A stretch of DNA of 64,000 nt, from assembly GCA_024137785.1 (NCBI GenBank), contig JAHRHZ010000048.1, positions 6,975,654 through 7,039,653 of the forward strand, in the 5' to 3' direction. The translations under genes and the position numbers were made by a program. This stretch comes from Ginglymostoma cirratum. Its lineage: Eukaryota. This document shows positions 11,882 through 25,222 of this stretch, one piece after another; within the stretch, counting starts at the first letter, position 1, and each line of letters opens with the position of its first letter. The notes under the pieces were generated by a model that saw only the letters and a list, made by a program, of their open reading frames with translations, was not told the origin of the DNA and searched no databases.

Positions 11882-13479
11882 GAATGCTGACTTCTCCCAG
11901 TGACTATCTCTTAATATAGCTGTTTGGTAATTTGGTCAGTTGTAACGTTATCTGATGTAACCAATATTAATGATCTTCTCAAGTAATGTGGTCATGTGGT
12001 AGAAAACTTATGTAAAAACCAATCGCAATGATGACTGTATGTGGTCAAGGTGCTATTCCAGAGGACTTTGTGCACAAGGTCTCACTTCAGTTTACAGGAA
12101 GGGACTTCACAATAGAATTTTTGTGTCAGACATTCCTTTTGCTCATCCTCAATTTTAATCACTTCATAGATATTATGGGTAGTGCGTATGTGTGGAACGA
12201 GTTGCCAGAGGAAGTGGTGGAGGCAGGTACAATTACAACATTTAAAAGGCATTTAGATGGGTGTATGATTTAGGAAGGGTTTTGAGGGATATGGACCAAA
12301 TGCAAATGGGATTAGTCAGATTGGGATGTGTAGTTTGGAGTAGAGCCTGCAGGTACTGTAGGCAATGTTCTAAATATTGTAAGTTACATTTGAGCATGCT
12401 AATTAGGAGCAGGGGTAGGTCACCTTGACTCCCTGAGCCTGCTAAGCTGTTCGATATGACCATGGCTGATCTTGTTGTTGAGTTTGTAGAGATACTGATT
12501 TTGCTGTTACTGTTGAAGGAGCCTTGGTGAGCTCCTACAGTGCTTCTGTTATACTGCTGCCAGTATTGAGAGAGTGAATGTTCATGGTCGTGGATGGGGT
12601 GCCAATTAAGCAGGCAGCTTTGTTCTGGATGGTGGTGAATTGTTCAGTGTTGTTGGAGCTGCACTGAACCAGTCATATGGAGAGTATTCCATCACACAGT
12701 GGGGAATGTTGTTAATTTCTTTTGAGTTATTTGGAAACATATAGAGAAGAGCACAGATATAACATTTGCTGGTAACAATGTAAAATATTGATAGCCTTCA
12801 AAAATCTTTGGAGTATTAAAATGGATGTGTCAGGGAATGGCAGGTGTACTTTTTATCTAGACAAATATGAGATGTTTCATAAAGGAATAAGAAATATTTA
12901 ATCTGTGTATTGTAAATGGGTTTTTAATTGATATTGGAAAATGAAGGAGAGGAAATTGAGATCTGATTGTTATTAAGCCACCAGTTAATCTGAAACTATT
13001 ATCAACAAAGCTCATTAAGTACCAGATCTACTTCTTTTTGGACTTTTGATTAGTTAGTTTAACTCACTGATGGCCAAATACTAATTTGTATGTGATGTTT
13101 CTATTATAAGACCATAAGACCATAAGAAATCAAAGCAGAATTAGGCCACTCAGCCCATCAAGTCTGCTCTGCCATTTGATTATGGCTGATGTGTTTCTCA
13201 GCCCTATTCTCCTGCCTTCTCCCTTTAACCTTGATCCCCTTACTAATCAAGAAAGAGTTTTGTGATTCATTTTAGGTTCCTTCTCTTCGGAAGGCATTGA
13301 CATGTTGGAAAGTTTAAAATTTTAAAAAGTGTGATTCTAAGACTTTAACATATGAAATGAAAATTCTATTCAAGACAATTAAATTTGGAAACTGTGTATC
13401 TTAAAAGAGTGGTATCACATTAGTGTAGTTGAGAATTTTTAATATATACAATAGCATCTCTTAAAAGCCACACATAGAT

Positions 13480-13592
13480 TAAATATTCTGAAGAAGAGTT
13501 ACACTGGACTTGAAAATTTAACTCTGTCTCTCTATCACAGATGTTGTTGCCAGACCTGCTGAGAGTCTTCAGCATTCCCTGGATTTTCTTCA
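13480..13592 (+). mobile_element. Penelope terminus fragment with a degenerate hammerhead motif
   Basis: ttCTGAAGAagagttacactggacttGAAA...cacagatg..gccagacctgctgag. Confidence 0.65.
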
Positions 13593-13734
13593 AATTAAGT
13601 AAACCTGTAGAGGGAGACAAACCCTGCTTAAAACACAAAACATGGCTAGTAAAATCTGAATATGTCACAGAAGTAATACAAATATTTCTGTCTTGAAACT
13701 GGGATTTTAACTGACATGTTTAGTATAGAAACAT

Positions 13735-14055
13735 TTTCATAGAATCCCTACAGTGTGGAAACAGGCCATTCAGCCCAACAAGTCCATACTGACCCTCTGC
13801 AGACCATCCCACCTGGACTCATCCCCCTACCCAATCACCTTGCGTTTCACAAGGCTAATGCACCACCTACACAGCCGTGGATACTACAGGGTAATTTAGC
13901 ATGATCAATCCTCCTAACTTGCACATCTCTGGATTGAGAGAAGAAATCAGAGTAACCCACACAAACACAGGGACAATGTGCAAACTCCGCACAGACGGTT
14001 GCCCATGTGTGGGATTGAACCTGGGTCCCTAGCACTGGGAGACAGCAGTGCCACC
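13735..14055 (-). mobile_element. HE1-type V-SINE
   Basis: catagaatccctacagtgtggaaacaggcc tail and gggattgaacctgggtccc B box on the minus strand. Confidence 0.88.
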
Positions 14056-14489
14056 CCAGTTTGATCACCTGTTAATCTCTGAGCCAATTGCACTCACAAG
14101 TGAAAGTCTGAAGAATAAATTTAATCCTTATTGAGGAACAAATAAAACAAAGTAAAACACAAAGGAAACAAAATATGAATTCAAAAGTAAGCACATAGTT
14201 TGTAAAGGATAAAGGCAGACGAAAGGTATACTGCATTCTCTCCTTGATTCTATTACTAGAGGAAATGGCTACATTCAGGGGTTGTTTTTGTTTAAATTCC
14301 TTTGCTGTCTAGTGTATTATCATTTGCTAAAACATTTTCTAACTATGTAAAATTGGGCAGGAATTACAGAAATCTGTTTTGTGTTCGCAGATATCTATCC
14401 ATATAGATGACATTGTATGGTCTACAGTGAATAGATTGTCTAACGTGCCAGACACTATAAGTCTTTAACAATGCAATATACAGTGTTCA

Positions 14490-15130
14490 GCTTCCCCAGT
14501 GTTGTATAATGCACATAGCTTATCCATCATGTTACACAGTGTGGAATTTCTTCCATTTAATATACAACATCTTGAGTAGTGCTATGACCTGTGCAACAAT
14601 GGCCCTTGTGGAAGCATTTGCTGTGTTGTTCCTCTCCTTGTTATTGTTCTGTGAATTCCTGACATTTGTTACCAGTCCTGGCTGCCTGACTCACAGCATC
14701 CAACAGGAATTTGAGAAATAGGTGAGCCTCAAAAAGCAGAGGATCTGTCCATCTCTCGGCTGTGAGCAAATGCCTGTGAGATTCCACGGAGGTCTTCAGT
14801 AGCTGCCTGATGCAATCCACTACCAGAGAAATAAGGGCTGCTGCCACTTTCAAGGCAACTGGATGAGGATTCCTCATGGTCCCAGAGGACTCAGGGTCTC
14901 ATCCAGCAGCTGGCAGCTGGTGAAAGACAGTTCTCCAGGATACTCTAAAGAGTGGCCAGCATTGATGGTCTGCCACATGAAGGTAGCTGCAGGCTTGGTT
15001 TTGGGCCGAAGCTTGCAGTCCGGGCTGGGCATCTTGAATAGACCTGTTCGCTTCTGCAGGCTGGTCTACAGTGACTACGGTCTTTTGCTGCTGCAGTTCT
15101 TGCTGTTACCGCTGGAGCAGCAAACAACTT
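14490..15130 (-). mobile_element. PIF/Harbinger transposase relic, internally deleted
   Basis: Minus strand HPVALKVAAAL..SG..Q...DL.GISQ (N-terminal region) joined within ~150 bp to ASTRAIVAQVIALLKM...CALYN (C-terminus). Confidence 0.7.
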
Positions 15131-15254
15131 TAGTTTCTTCTTAGAAGCAAGATGACCAGAAGAATGGTGAGGTGATCTGTGCTGTCTCCACGTAGCCTTC
15201 AGGAGATCTGCTGAGTTGACCACATCATGTGGAGACTCCTGTTTCTCATATACA

Positions 15255-15680
15255 TTTGATTTGATTTGATTTATCATTGTGACATGTACCTAAGCACAGT
15301 GAAAAGCTTTGTTTTGCCAGCAGTGCAGGCAAATCATAACATACAAGGACATACAGATCATAGAGTGATTGAACAGAGTGAGGCATGCAAAGTTATGGCT
15401 GCACAAAAGGTGTACGAAAACAAGATCGACATTAGATTTGAAATTTGAGAGGTCCATTCCGCAGCCTAATAATGGCAGGGAAGAAGCTGTTCTTGAACCC
15501 GGTGGTACACGAGTTTAAGCTTTTATATCTGCTGTCTGAGGGGAGAGGTTGAAAGACATTATAATTGGGTTGGGAGGGGTCTTTGCTGATGCTGGCTGCC
15601 TTTCAATGGCAACAAGAAGTGTAGATGGAGTCAGTGGATGGGAGGTTGGCTTGTTGTATTCGTGCTGCCAGCCTCTCCCA
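15255..15680 (-). mobile_element. Rex1/Babar-type LINE 3' end
   Basis: Minus strand FQPLPSDSRYKSLNSCTTGFKNSFFPAIIRLRN and an (aatca)n tail. Confidence 0.75.
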
Positions 15681-18289
15681 TCATGCCGGGGACAGTGTGC
15701 CAGCTCGCAGTGTTTCCCACTGGGACCCCGCACCCCCCCCACCCACCCAACCATCATTCATTCCATACAGAGCTGGGTCCTGTGTGACTTCAAAGAAAAG
15801 CTCCTTGTCAGCAATGCAGTGTGTGTATGGTGGGAGTGGGCATTTCTGGGAGTACTGGAAGCATGCCAGTCCAACCTTCCCACACACAATAGTCAATTTC
15901 CCCTCAGAGAGACTGAACCCTTCTAAAGTGGAATTGGCATGATGTAGCTGCCAGCAACCTCTTCACACCAGCTACGTCCCAAAGCCCCAGCTCTTGCCAT
16001 CTTTGCCCTTGTGTGGCATCAGTCTCCAGCCAGGATGCCAGACATGTGATGCTTGTGTTGGTTGGCTTGTGCTGACAGGGCAACCTCCACATTATTTTGG
16101 ACTCTAGTGCTACATACCTGAGGGATCAGGAGGTGGCCATTGGAGGAAGAAGTTCTTGGAATCCATGACCTCAAGGAATCTGTTAACGTGACTGCTGTTG
16201 ATAACATTTTTTCAATCAACCTGCTGGGACACCCCTATAGGCCTATCAAATCCTGAGGTGTGACTTAAACCTGGATCAGAGGTAGGGACACTACTGCGGT
16301 GCCACAAAGCACCATGAATACTGATGAAATGTTGATGTTGTAACAATTGAGATGTTGTACCCTATTGTCTATCCTCTGTACTCCTCATTCACACAGGACC
16401 ACTTCAGTTGGCCAAAGATGCGACTATACACTCAAATAAAAATTTTCACCTTGGCTGCAGCCATTTCTCCTTTGATAGAATGGTACGCAGTTGGTTTGAT
16501 GTGTTTTCAGCTTGCCCTTTTGGCTGTTTGACTATCAAACACCCCTGCACCCCATCACCACCACCTTGATCAACAATCTACCTCTTGTTCTTTTAACTTC
16601 ATTGGTCCTCCATCCTGTCCTCCATAATGCAGCAACAATCATTGTCAGCATTGACATTCTCAATCTTCACACAGAGTTCCTTGACGTTTGAGATCCCTCT
16701 TAGCAAGGTCCTTACTGAACCGATCACCCTCCTTTTTGAAGTCACCTATAGCCTAAGGTTCCTTAAAAGTGTTCCCCCACAAAAGTGCCCACATTCTGCC
16801 CAACAAACAACTATCCCTCTTCCCTATGTCCATTCTCTCTGCTGCAGTAGTCCCAAGGATCAAGACCCGAACATGAGTTGGCTACAATATTGACCAAACC
16901 ATAGGCAGATACTGCACCATCCCAGACTGACTGCAGGCCAACAACAGCCAGACACTCCAGAGCCCAGTCTCAAAACTGACTGGAACACGCATCCCCTGCG
17001 CATTAACTAAATCCAAACTGATTGAAGCTCAATCCTACCCCAACCCAATCTTAGGTTGATGGGTCACATTCCCCTGGACTGACTAGAGCACATGCTTGCC
17101 TGACTTACTTTTTTTTACATTTGCTGTTTTTTGCAGTTCCATGTGCTTCAGCCATATGCAGCCCTTTGCAAGTTCAACTAAATCCTGCTTTTCAGCAATA
17201 AGCAACTTCCGACTTGCAACATGCACCAAAGCCTGTCCGTGAGCCATATGCTGCTGTGTGCCAGTTTAGCTTGGAGATACTCCAGAGAGACAGCATGCTT
17301 GGGTCCATTTGGATGCACCCACTTTTCTGGGAGACGTGGCAATGTGGGTGACTCTAAGCATCATTTAAAACCATATCTTGATAAAGACAAACAAAGGAAT
17401 TATCTTGAGGTAGATGAAGAAGTGCAGCTCACCAGGTACATGCCTGTTTTTTGCTGTTAGCTTTCTGCAGCATAGATTTTTTTAATTGGGTGAAAGTTAA
17501 TTAGTGATGTTAATTTCTATGAGTTGTGGTAGTAATTGGGTGCAAATGCATGCAGATAGGCCAGTTGCCACGTGTTGATGTGATATGCCACCAAGCTACC
17601 ACAACATAAGGATGAGATGCGGGTACTGTAATGCTGAAGAATTCAATGAACATTTAGTACAATTCTTAGTACTTATTTATGTTCATTACAACCATAAGCT
17701 CATATGTATCTGAGGTCAGGCTAAGGAATGTAGATTTACTGCAGTACACCTCCTGAGCATATCATGCTGCAAGAGGACAGGGATCAGTAAGATGGAGACT
17801 GAGAGCATGTAGCTTATGACAAAGTGAGAACATAATGAGATGCCCCTTAAAGTTATGTCACACATCTGTAGTGAGACATAACACAACACCACCCAACCCA
17901 CACCATCTGAAAGAAGAAGAAATTAGTCGCTGAAGTTTTTCTTGATGGTGAGAATCTAATTTCTTACCTCTTATTCAATTAAATTCATCTACTCGCTGTT
18001 CTTCTTGCCATGGTGGAAACTGGAAAATCCTGTCCTCGACTTGTCTCTCTCTCTCTCTTTCTGCCCAGGCCTTTTGAATCAAACTGCAAAGAAGTCTCTG
18101 ATAATGCACAAGAATAGAATAACTGTGTCTCTCGTTGCATTCAGTGTGAAATGTAGAACGTGAGTTTCAGTTAGTGTTGATGAGGACCCCTACTTTCATC
18201 TAACCTGTTCAATGTCAAGACAGCATTCAATAAAACTTCACACCACCCTCCTTTTCCAAGGCATCATGTTTTACCTCAAATTAAGAGAC

Positions 18290-18830
18290 AATCCAAAACA
18301 TCATATTGTATCACATTTGTAACACCACGTAAAATATCATTGGGTCCTACAGCTTGCCATTCAAAGATCACATTGAATGCACAGACAATCCAAGGCTTCT
18401 CTTTTGCACCACAACTCTGTTCTTAAACCATCACCTTTTGCCCTTCCTCTTTCATGTCCAAAAGCAAGTGCAAGGAGCCCATAGACATTTCTGTAACAGA
18501 GTTGAAGTCCATCTATTCCACTACCTCTCTGTTCTCTCCGTCTTCTCTCCCTTCCCCAAATTTAACGCATCTTACTCCTCGCCCCACCACCCACCTAGGT
18601 CCAGGCTTTCGCCTTTCTCTATATTCTATTTCATCTCCCATCGTGTTCAATTTGAATTCATTTGTTTATGAGGCCTTTTCATTCCCCTGCAACATTATTT
18701 CAAATTGCCGATCACCCAGTCTCCCTTCCTAGGCCCTATATTAGCTGACGTTAATGGCTCCCTCTCCACTTCTACTGTCAGCTCTTTCTTCAAAGCATAA
18801 AATACACCCAAAAGAAGAATCCAAACATTC
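18290..18830 (+). mobile_element. Ancient L2 LINE ORF2 fragment
   Basis: I...DNPRLLFCTT motif and a later N.SL......FFKA.I.P.. pre-RT motif; heavily decayed. Confidence 0.5.
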
Positions 18831-19259
18831 CCAATATTTTGCACTTACTGTTTGTTAGATACACATCATTCCAGGAATAAGGTCAATTCCACAAAGTTAA
18901 TACTCTGTCTTTGTAGCTCATCAATATTTAGAAACTATAAAGAACTGAAAAGCCATAAGAGTGAAAAGTTATCAGTCATTGTATAACTTGATTACATGAA
19001 TTAGGAGAGCTAGTTTCTAGTATTTAAGCAATGTGCTCTGTTTGTATTACAGCAGTTATCAGAATCACAGTGTTATTCCTAATGCACTTAGAAAGAAAAG
19101 GGCATTACATTGTTGGTAAAACAATTATTATATTAAAGCTGTCAACACGGTTCATATTTAGTAGAGGGATGTAATGCCTTATTTTATTATTTTCACTTAT
19201 AAATGATCAAAATCAAAATGTACAAGGACTGGAGCACTAATCGTACACCACTAACTAGT

Positions 19260-21100
19260 TGATACAGTGTGGAGCTGGAGGAACACAGCAGGTCAGGCAA
19301 CGTCAGAGGAGCAGGAAAGTCGACGTTTCGGGTTTACACCCTTCATCAGGGCTGGGGAGGGGGAAAGGAGCTGGGAAATAAATAGAAGGAGGAGGGGTGG
19401 GGCTGGAGGAAGGTAGGTGGAGGCAGATAGCGGTAAGTGGGGATTGGTCAGTGGGAAGGATCGGGGAGACTGGGTGGAGAAGAAGATGGACAGGTAGTGT
19501 CACGCCAAGGAGGCAGGGCTGAAAGGGAGGGTTGAACATGGGATGAGGCCGGAGCTGGGGATATTTTAAAACTGGTGAATCCTATGTTAAGGCTATCAGG
19601 CTGCATGCTCCCGAGGTCGAACAAGAGGTGTTATTCTCTCCAGTTTGCATGTGGCATCACTGTGGCACTGGAGGAGGTCCAGGATGGACATGTCACTGGG
19701 CGAGGGGGGGTTAAAATGGTTGGCAACCAGAAGGTGTTGTTGGTTACAGTGTACAGAGCTCAGGTGCTCTGCATATCAGTCACCGAGTCTATGCTTGGTC
19801 TCACCGATGTAGAGGAGGCCACATCGGGAGCAACGGATACAGTAGACCAGGTTGGAGGTTGTACAGGTGAACCCCTGTCAGATAGGGAAAGTTTGACTTG
19901 GGCCTTAGATGGAGGTGAGAGGGGAGGTGTAGGGGCAGGTGTAGCACCTCCTGCGATTGCAGGGAAAGGTGCCGGGGTGGTGGGGTTTGAGGGGAGCGTG
20001 GAGCGGATAAGGGAGTTGCGGAGAGAGCAGCCTGTATGAAAGGCAGATAAAGGTAAGGAAGGAAATATATCTTTGGTGGTGGGGTCGGATTGTAGGCAGT
20101 GGAAGTGGCAGAGAATGATATGCTAGATGTGGAAGTCGGTGGGGTGGCATGTGAGGACTGGGGGACTCTGTCTTTATTTTTGCTAAGGGAGGGGGTTTGA
20201 GGGCAAAAGTGTGGGAAATTCAAGAGATGCGGTTGAGGGCATTTTTGATCACTTGGCGGAGGGGAATGTTACAGCCCTTGAAATAGGAGGACACCTGGGA
20301 TGTGCAGGAGTGGAACACTCCATCTTGGGAGCAGACGCGGCGGAGGTGTAGGAATTGGGAGTAGGGGATCGCATTCTTGCAGGAATGTTTGTGAGAGGAG
20401 GTGTAGTCCAGGTAGCTGTGGGAGTCAGTGGGTTTGAAATAGATGTCGGTTTTGAGGCAGTCACCAGAGATGGAGACAGAGAGGTCCAGGGAGGGAGGTA
20501 TCGGAGATGGTCCAGGTGAACTTGAGGTTGGGGTGAAAGGTGTTAGTAAAGTTAATGAACTGTTCAAGCTCCTCATGGGAGCACGAGGCAACGCCAACAC
20601 AGTCATCAATGTAGTGGAGGAAGAGGTGAGGGATGGCGCTGCTGTAACAGCGGAGGAGGGACTGTTCCACGTACCCCACAAAGAGGCAGGCATAGCTCAA
20701 ACTTTCCAGTTGCTAACCATTTTAACTCCCCTCATCCTCCCTGGGTGACATGTCCATCCTGGGTCTCCTCCAGTGCCACAATGCAAACTAGAGGAGCAAC
20801 ACCTCATATTCCACCTCTAAACATAGAATTCACCAGTTTCAAAACCCCCCAGCCCTGGTTTTATCCCATGTCCAACCCTCCCTCTCATCCCACCTCCTTG
20901 ACCTGACACTAGCTGTCCATCTTCTTCCCCACCTATCCGCCCCACCCTTCCAACTGACCAATCCCCAATACCCCATACTTGATGAAGGGTCTAGGCCCGA
21001 AAAGTCGACTTTCCTATTCCTCTGATGCCAACTGTCCTGCTGTGTCCCTCCAGCTCCACACGGTATCGGCTCTGACTCCAGCATCTGCAGTTCTTGCTAT
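19260..21100 (-). mobile_element. Penelope-like element: 5'-truncated RT, GIY-YIG region and terminal repeat, with an inverted terminal copy (~20700-21100)
   Basis: Minus strand YACLFVGYVEQ, LHYIDD, FHPNLKFT, LD.SVS...TDIYFKPTDSHSYLDYTSSH, AIPYSQFL and CNRRRCYTC; ~14-bp TSD caccactaactagt (19246-19259) / caccataaactagt (21101-21114). Confidence 0.92.
19318..19353 (-). ncRNA. Minimal type-I hammerhead ribozyme motif in the Penelope terminal repeat
   Basis: Minus strand agcc-CUGAUGA-a-GGG(uguaaa)CCC-GAAA-CG-UC-gacu: intact core, palindromic minimal helix III (ACGU), helix I with one mismatch. Confidence 0.7.
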
Positions 21101-22119
21101 CACCATAAACTAGTGTTTCAATCAATTATTGAGAAAATTGGAAATGTATTTTTGTATTTTTAATTCTCCTTTTATAATATTCAATATTAGAAATCTATTG
21201 AAAATTATCCTTCGAGCAATGATAAACTGTGTGTGGATTCAGTTGTAAATCTAAAAATGTATTAGGCATTCATTTAGCATTCTTTACTCATCCTGCAATA
21301 AGCTCTGGTTTTCACAGATATGTTTAATTGATGCTGAATTACATATAGGTGAAAAAGATGATTCAATATTACAGTACTTGCTATTAGCAAAGATTAAAAT
21401 GTTAGTTCAATTGCTCCCAGTAATAAAGGTGCCAGTAAATTTGTATTTAGATAGACGCACTAATGCCACTTTAATGGCCTCGCTCTGAGTATCATCGAAC
21501 AATCAGGCATTCGGTTATAATAGCAGAATTGGCTTTGCATTTTAAAGACGTGAATTATAGTCCATATTCTAAGTTATTTCACTCTGATAATAGGCACTGA
21601 TTATAATATAATATTAATACTTTCTTTTAAGGGTGAAAGTAATTAGTTGACACCATGAAATAATTTATTATAAATTAATATTGATACTGATGTGTTTGAC
21701 TCTTAACTGCCCTCTGGGCAATTAGGGATGCGCAATAAATACTGACGTAGCCAGCGATGCCCTCATCCCACGAATGAATATAAAAAAAACAGAGTTAAGT
21801 AGGTTTGAAAAAAATGTTATTTTAAATATATGTCAGTAAAGCAACATTTTAATTCATAAAGTTGCGTACATTTTCAATGGAATTAATACATGAATATATT
21901 TATTAAAATTAAGTTTGTTGAAGCAGATTCTATAAATATACATTATGTCTTAATATTACAATGTATATTTGCCATGTATTATTAGAATTTTCTTCAAACA
22001 TTACGAAGAAGACACATGAAGTCAAAGGTTTTATGTCTTAGACTCCTCAGGACTGAAAATCTAGATGTGTAAGATGATTACCATCAAATGTTGTAGGGGC
22101 TGGAGTCTGCTCAGCCTGA

Positions 22120-23250
22120 GATAACTCCGGGCAAAGACCTATTTCATGATTTCCTGTTTATTAATGTTTGTGCAGTAGATGTCAATTCAGACCTGGACAT
22201 GAAATACAGCCTAGCCTTGTCCTCCAACATTTGTGACAACTTCAGCTTTAGGAGAAGCACAGAGAAAACTGAAAGAATGGAAGAGCCTGCTATAGTAAAG
22301 ACCTATTTTGAGCCCAAGATTTCAATCCATGATCAGAATCTGTCAGCGGTGGAAAAGTGCAGTTATCTCAATAACACACCCTATTGAGAGATATCCATTG
22401 TGATGACAAAACACATGAAAGAATTACCAAAGCAAACTTAGACTTAGGCAGACTTTGAACATCAATCTGGGAATGAAAATGAGCAGGACTGCCAATGAAA
22501 CTGAAAGTCTATTGAGCCATAAATCTGCCTGATCTGCTCGACACATGGGACCTGCATTGTGTTCCAATGTTATAGAGATTGCCTCATGTTATTACGCACA
22601 TCTGGAGCAATGGGACTTGTACTCAGTCCTCCTGGCTCAGAGGTAGGGACATTATCATGCACCACAAGAGCTTTCTATGTGCCAATGTTGTAACAAGAAA
22701 CTTAGTCACATTTTAACCTCAGGTGCCTTTAGATAATCAGATGGCAGGAAGGAACATTGGGCACTGAGGTGCTCATCTGAGCTGACATACCAAGCACCCT
22801 CATCAGGCTGAGAGAGTTACAACTGAGCTGGGCTGGTCAAGTAGCCAGATGCCTGAGTTTACTGAAATGGATCTTCCACGCAGAGCTTGAGTCTGAACTG
22901 GGGGCTGCTGAAGGTCAAAGGAAGCTCCGTAAGGCCTCTTTCTGAAGGTTTCGTTTTGATATCACCTTTGAGTCCTTGGAATGGCTTGCCCAGGATCTCT
23001 GCACTTGTTGCAGCCAAATTATTTTTCAAAATGAAACATCTTTCAGAAGCAAACAGATATTAAGGCAGAGTGAAAACACAAGGAGAAAAAAAATCCCAGT
23101 CCAGCTACCCGTTCACAACTCGGTTTTAGTGGCATTCTGCCCTTTCTGTCAGGGAACCTTCCAGATACAGATCAGTCTCAGTGGTCATGCTATGTATCCA
23201 CCGGAACCCCCTGGATGGTGAATATGATTACTTTACATTTGAGGAATGAA
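22120..23250 (+). mobile_element. RTE (BovB-like) LINE RT C-terminal relic
   Basis: CDNFSF..STEKTE.M..PA..KTY.EPKISI..Q.L.AVEK.SYL, RITKA...GRL, KLKVY.A, L.WAG.V.R; a SINE fragment is nested at ~22600-22672. Confidence 0.8.
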
Positions 23251-23944
23251 CAAGAAAAGGCACTCAAATCCCTCTTGAAATTTTGGGCAGAGAGAAGGTC
23301 ATCTTCCATTTGAAACATTAGGTTGGATATTCTTAGGAATGCAGTCTGATACTGATTATCATTCCACTCCTTTCTTTAAACGAAAGGTGACAGCTTGACA
23401 GTTCTGACAAAAGATTCCAATCAGGGCCGTCTCAGAACCATGGATCCATACTTCCAGGCAGATCGTACCACTGCCCCCACTTCACCCCACAGCTTTTGAC
23501 AACTGTGTTCTGAAATGTAAATGTACAGAATCTCAAGGTGGCTATTTGAATAGTTGGTGTCAAATTGAAAGTACATAAGGTACAGTGCCAGGAGAAGACG
23601 GTGCCAGATAACTTAAGGGTATTAGGTTGCCAGCCTGGTAGGGTGCCAGGCAAGTAGGATGACATCTGGGCAGGGGTTAGGGCGCCAAGTGGGTAGGGTC
23701 CAGTCTGAAGGAAGGTGGGTTGTGTCCGTGGACAGGGGAAGTAAGGTCAGATCCTATAGGGAGGGGGTGAATGATGTTGGGTCTCAAGCAGAGAAGGGGG
23801 TGTTAGATGCAGTGGTGGAGAAAGAGGAGTTGGGTCTATCCACAATGCAGTATTGACTGTATGATCACTGGAAAATCCACTAACCATTATTTTAAACTGA
23901 TGTTCCACTCTCGCCCTCAGTTCAAAGTGTAATATCCCATGACG

Positions 23945-24100
23945 TTGGTGGCTCAGTGGTTAGCACTGTTGCCTCACAGTGCCAGGAGCCTGGGTTCAAT
24001 TCCAGTATAATAATGTGCCAGTTGGGTAGATTGGCCGTACTAAATGTTCTGTAGTGTCCAAGAATATGCAGGTTAGGTAGATAAGCCATGGGAAATGCAA
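23945..24100 (+). mobile_element. HE1-type SINE, internally deleted
   Basis: ggtggctcagtggttagcactgttgcctcacagtgccagg head. Confidence 0.75.
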
Positions 24101-24134
24101 TCGATCTCTCTCTCTCCAGGCGGACACTTAAGTT

Positions 24135-25222
24135 ACATCCACAACCCTAAGATCACACGGGGTGAGTAGTAGTTTATTGGCTTGGACACAGGATTGGCTC
24201 TCTGACAGAAAGCAAAGTCAGGATAAAAGACTCTTTTTCTTATTGGCAAAATGTAACCAGTAGGTTCCATAGGGCCACAACAACTTTCAATCTAAATTAA
24301 TGACTCGAATGTGGAGGTAGAAAGTACTGTAGCCAAGTTTGCAGATGATGCCAAAATGGGTGGGAAAGCAAGTTGCAATACAGAAATAAGACATTTACAA
24401 ATAGATATGGATAGGTTAGGTGAAAAGGTCAAGGTTTGGCAGATGAAGTTTAACTTGGATTTGTGTGAGGCTATCCAGTTTGGCCTGAGGAATAGAAAGG
24501 CAACTTATTATGTAAATGGAGAGAAGCTTCAGAATGTTTTGGCGCAGAAGGATCTGGGTGTCCTGGTGTATGAATTGCAGAAAGCGAGTACAAGTGTACT
24601 GCAGTTAATAAGGAAGGCAAATGGAATTTTGGCATTTAATGCTATAGGAATAGAATATAAAAGTAGGGAAATGTTGCCACAACTGTACAAGGCATTAATG
24701 AGACTGCACCTGGAATATTGCTTACAATTCTGGTCCCCTTACTTGAAGTTGCATTGGAGACAGTTCAGAGGAGGTTCACTGGATTGATTCCAGAGATGAG
24801 GGGTTTGTCTTATGAGGAGAGACTGAGCAGTTTAGGCCTTTACACACTGGAAGACTGAAAGGAGAATTAATTGAGATGTACCAGACAAAGTAGCTATGGA
24901 AAGGATGTTTCCTCATGTGGGGTAATCGAGAACGAGAGATCAAAATTTTAGGATAAGGGGTGACAGGTTTAATACAGAGATGAGGAGAAATTATTTCTCT
25001 CAAAGGTTCATGAATCTGTACAATTCTGTACCCCAGAGTGCAATCAATTCTGGGATATAGAGTCAATTTGAGGAAGAGATAGATTTTTAATTCATTATGC
25101 ATTAAAAGTTTATGGAGACCAGCCAGGAAACTAGAGTTGAAGCCAGGGTGAGATCACCCATGGGTATATGAATCAGTGGAGCAGGCTTGCAGACTGGATT
25201 ACCTGCTCCTGCTCTGAGTTAT
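24135..25222 (+). mobile_element. CR1 LINE RT and 3' end
   Basis: ORF 24311-24787: KFADDAK, WQMKFN, KDLGVLV, HLEYCLQFWSPY. Confidence 0.9.

Noticed and set aside
19575-20039. 154-aa plus-strand ORF
   Set aside because: Antisense of the Penelope GIY-YIG region.
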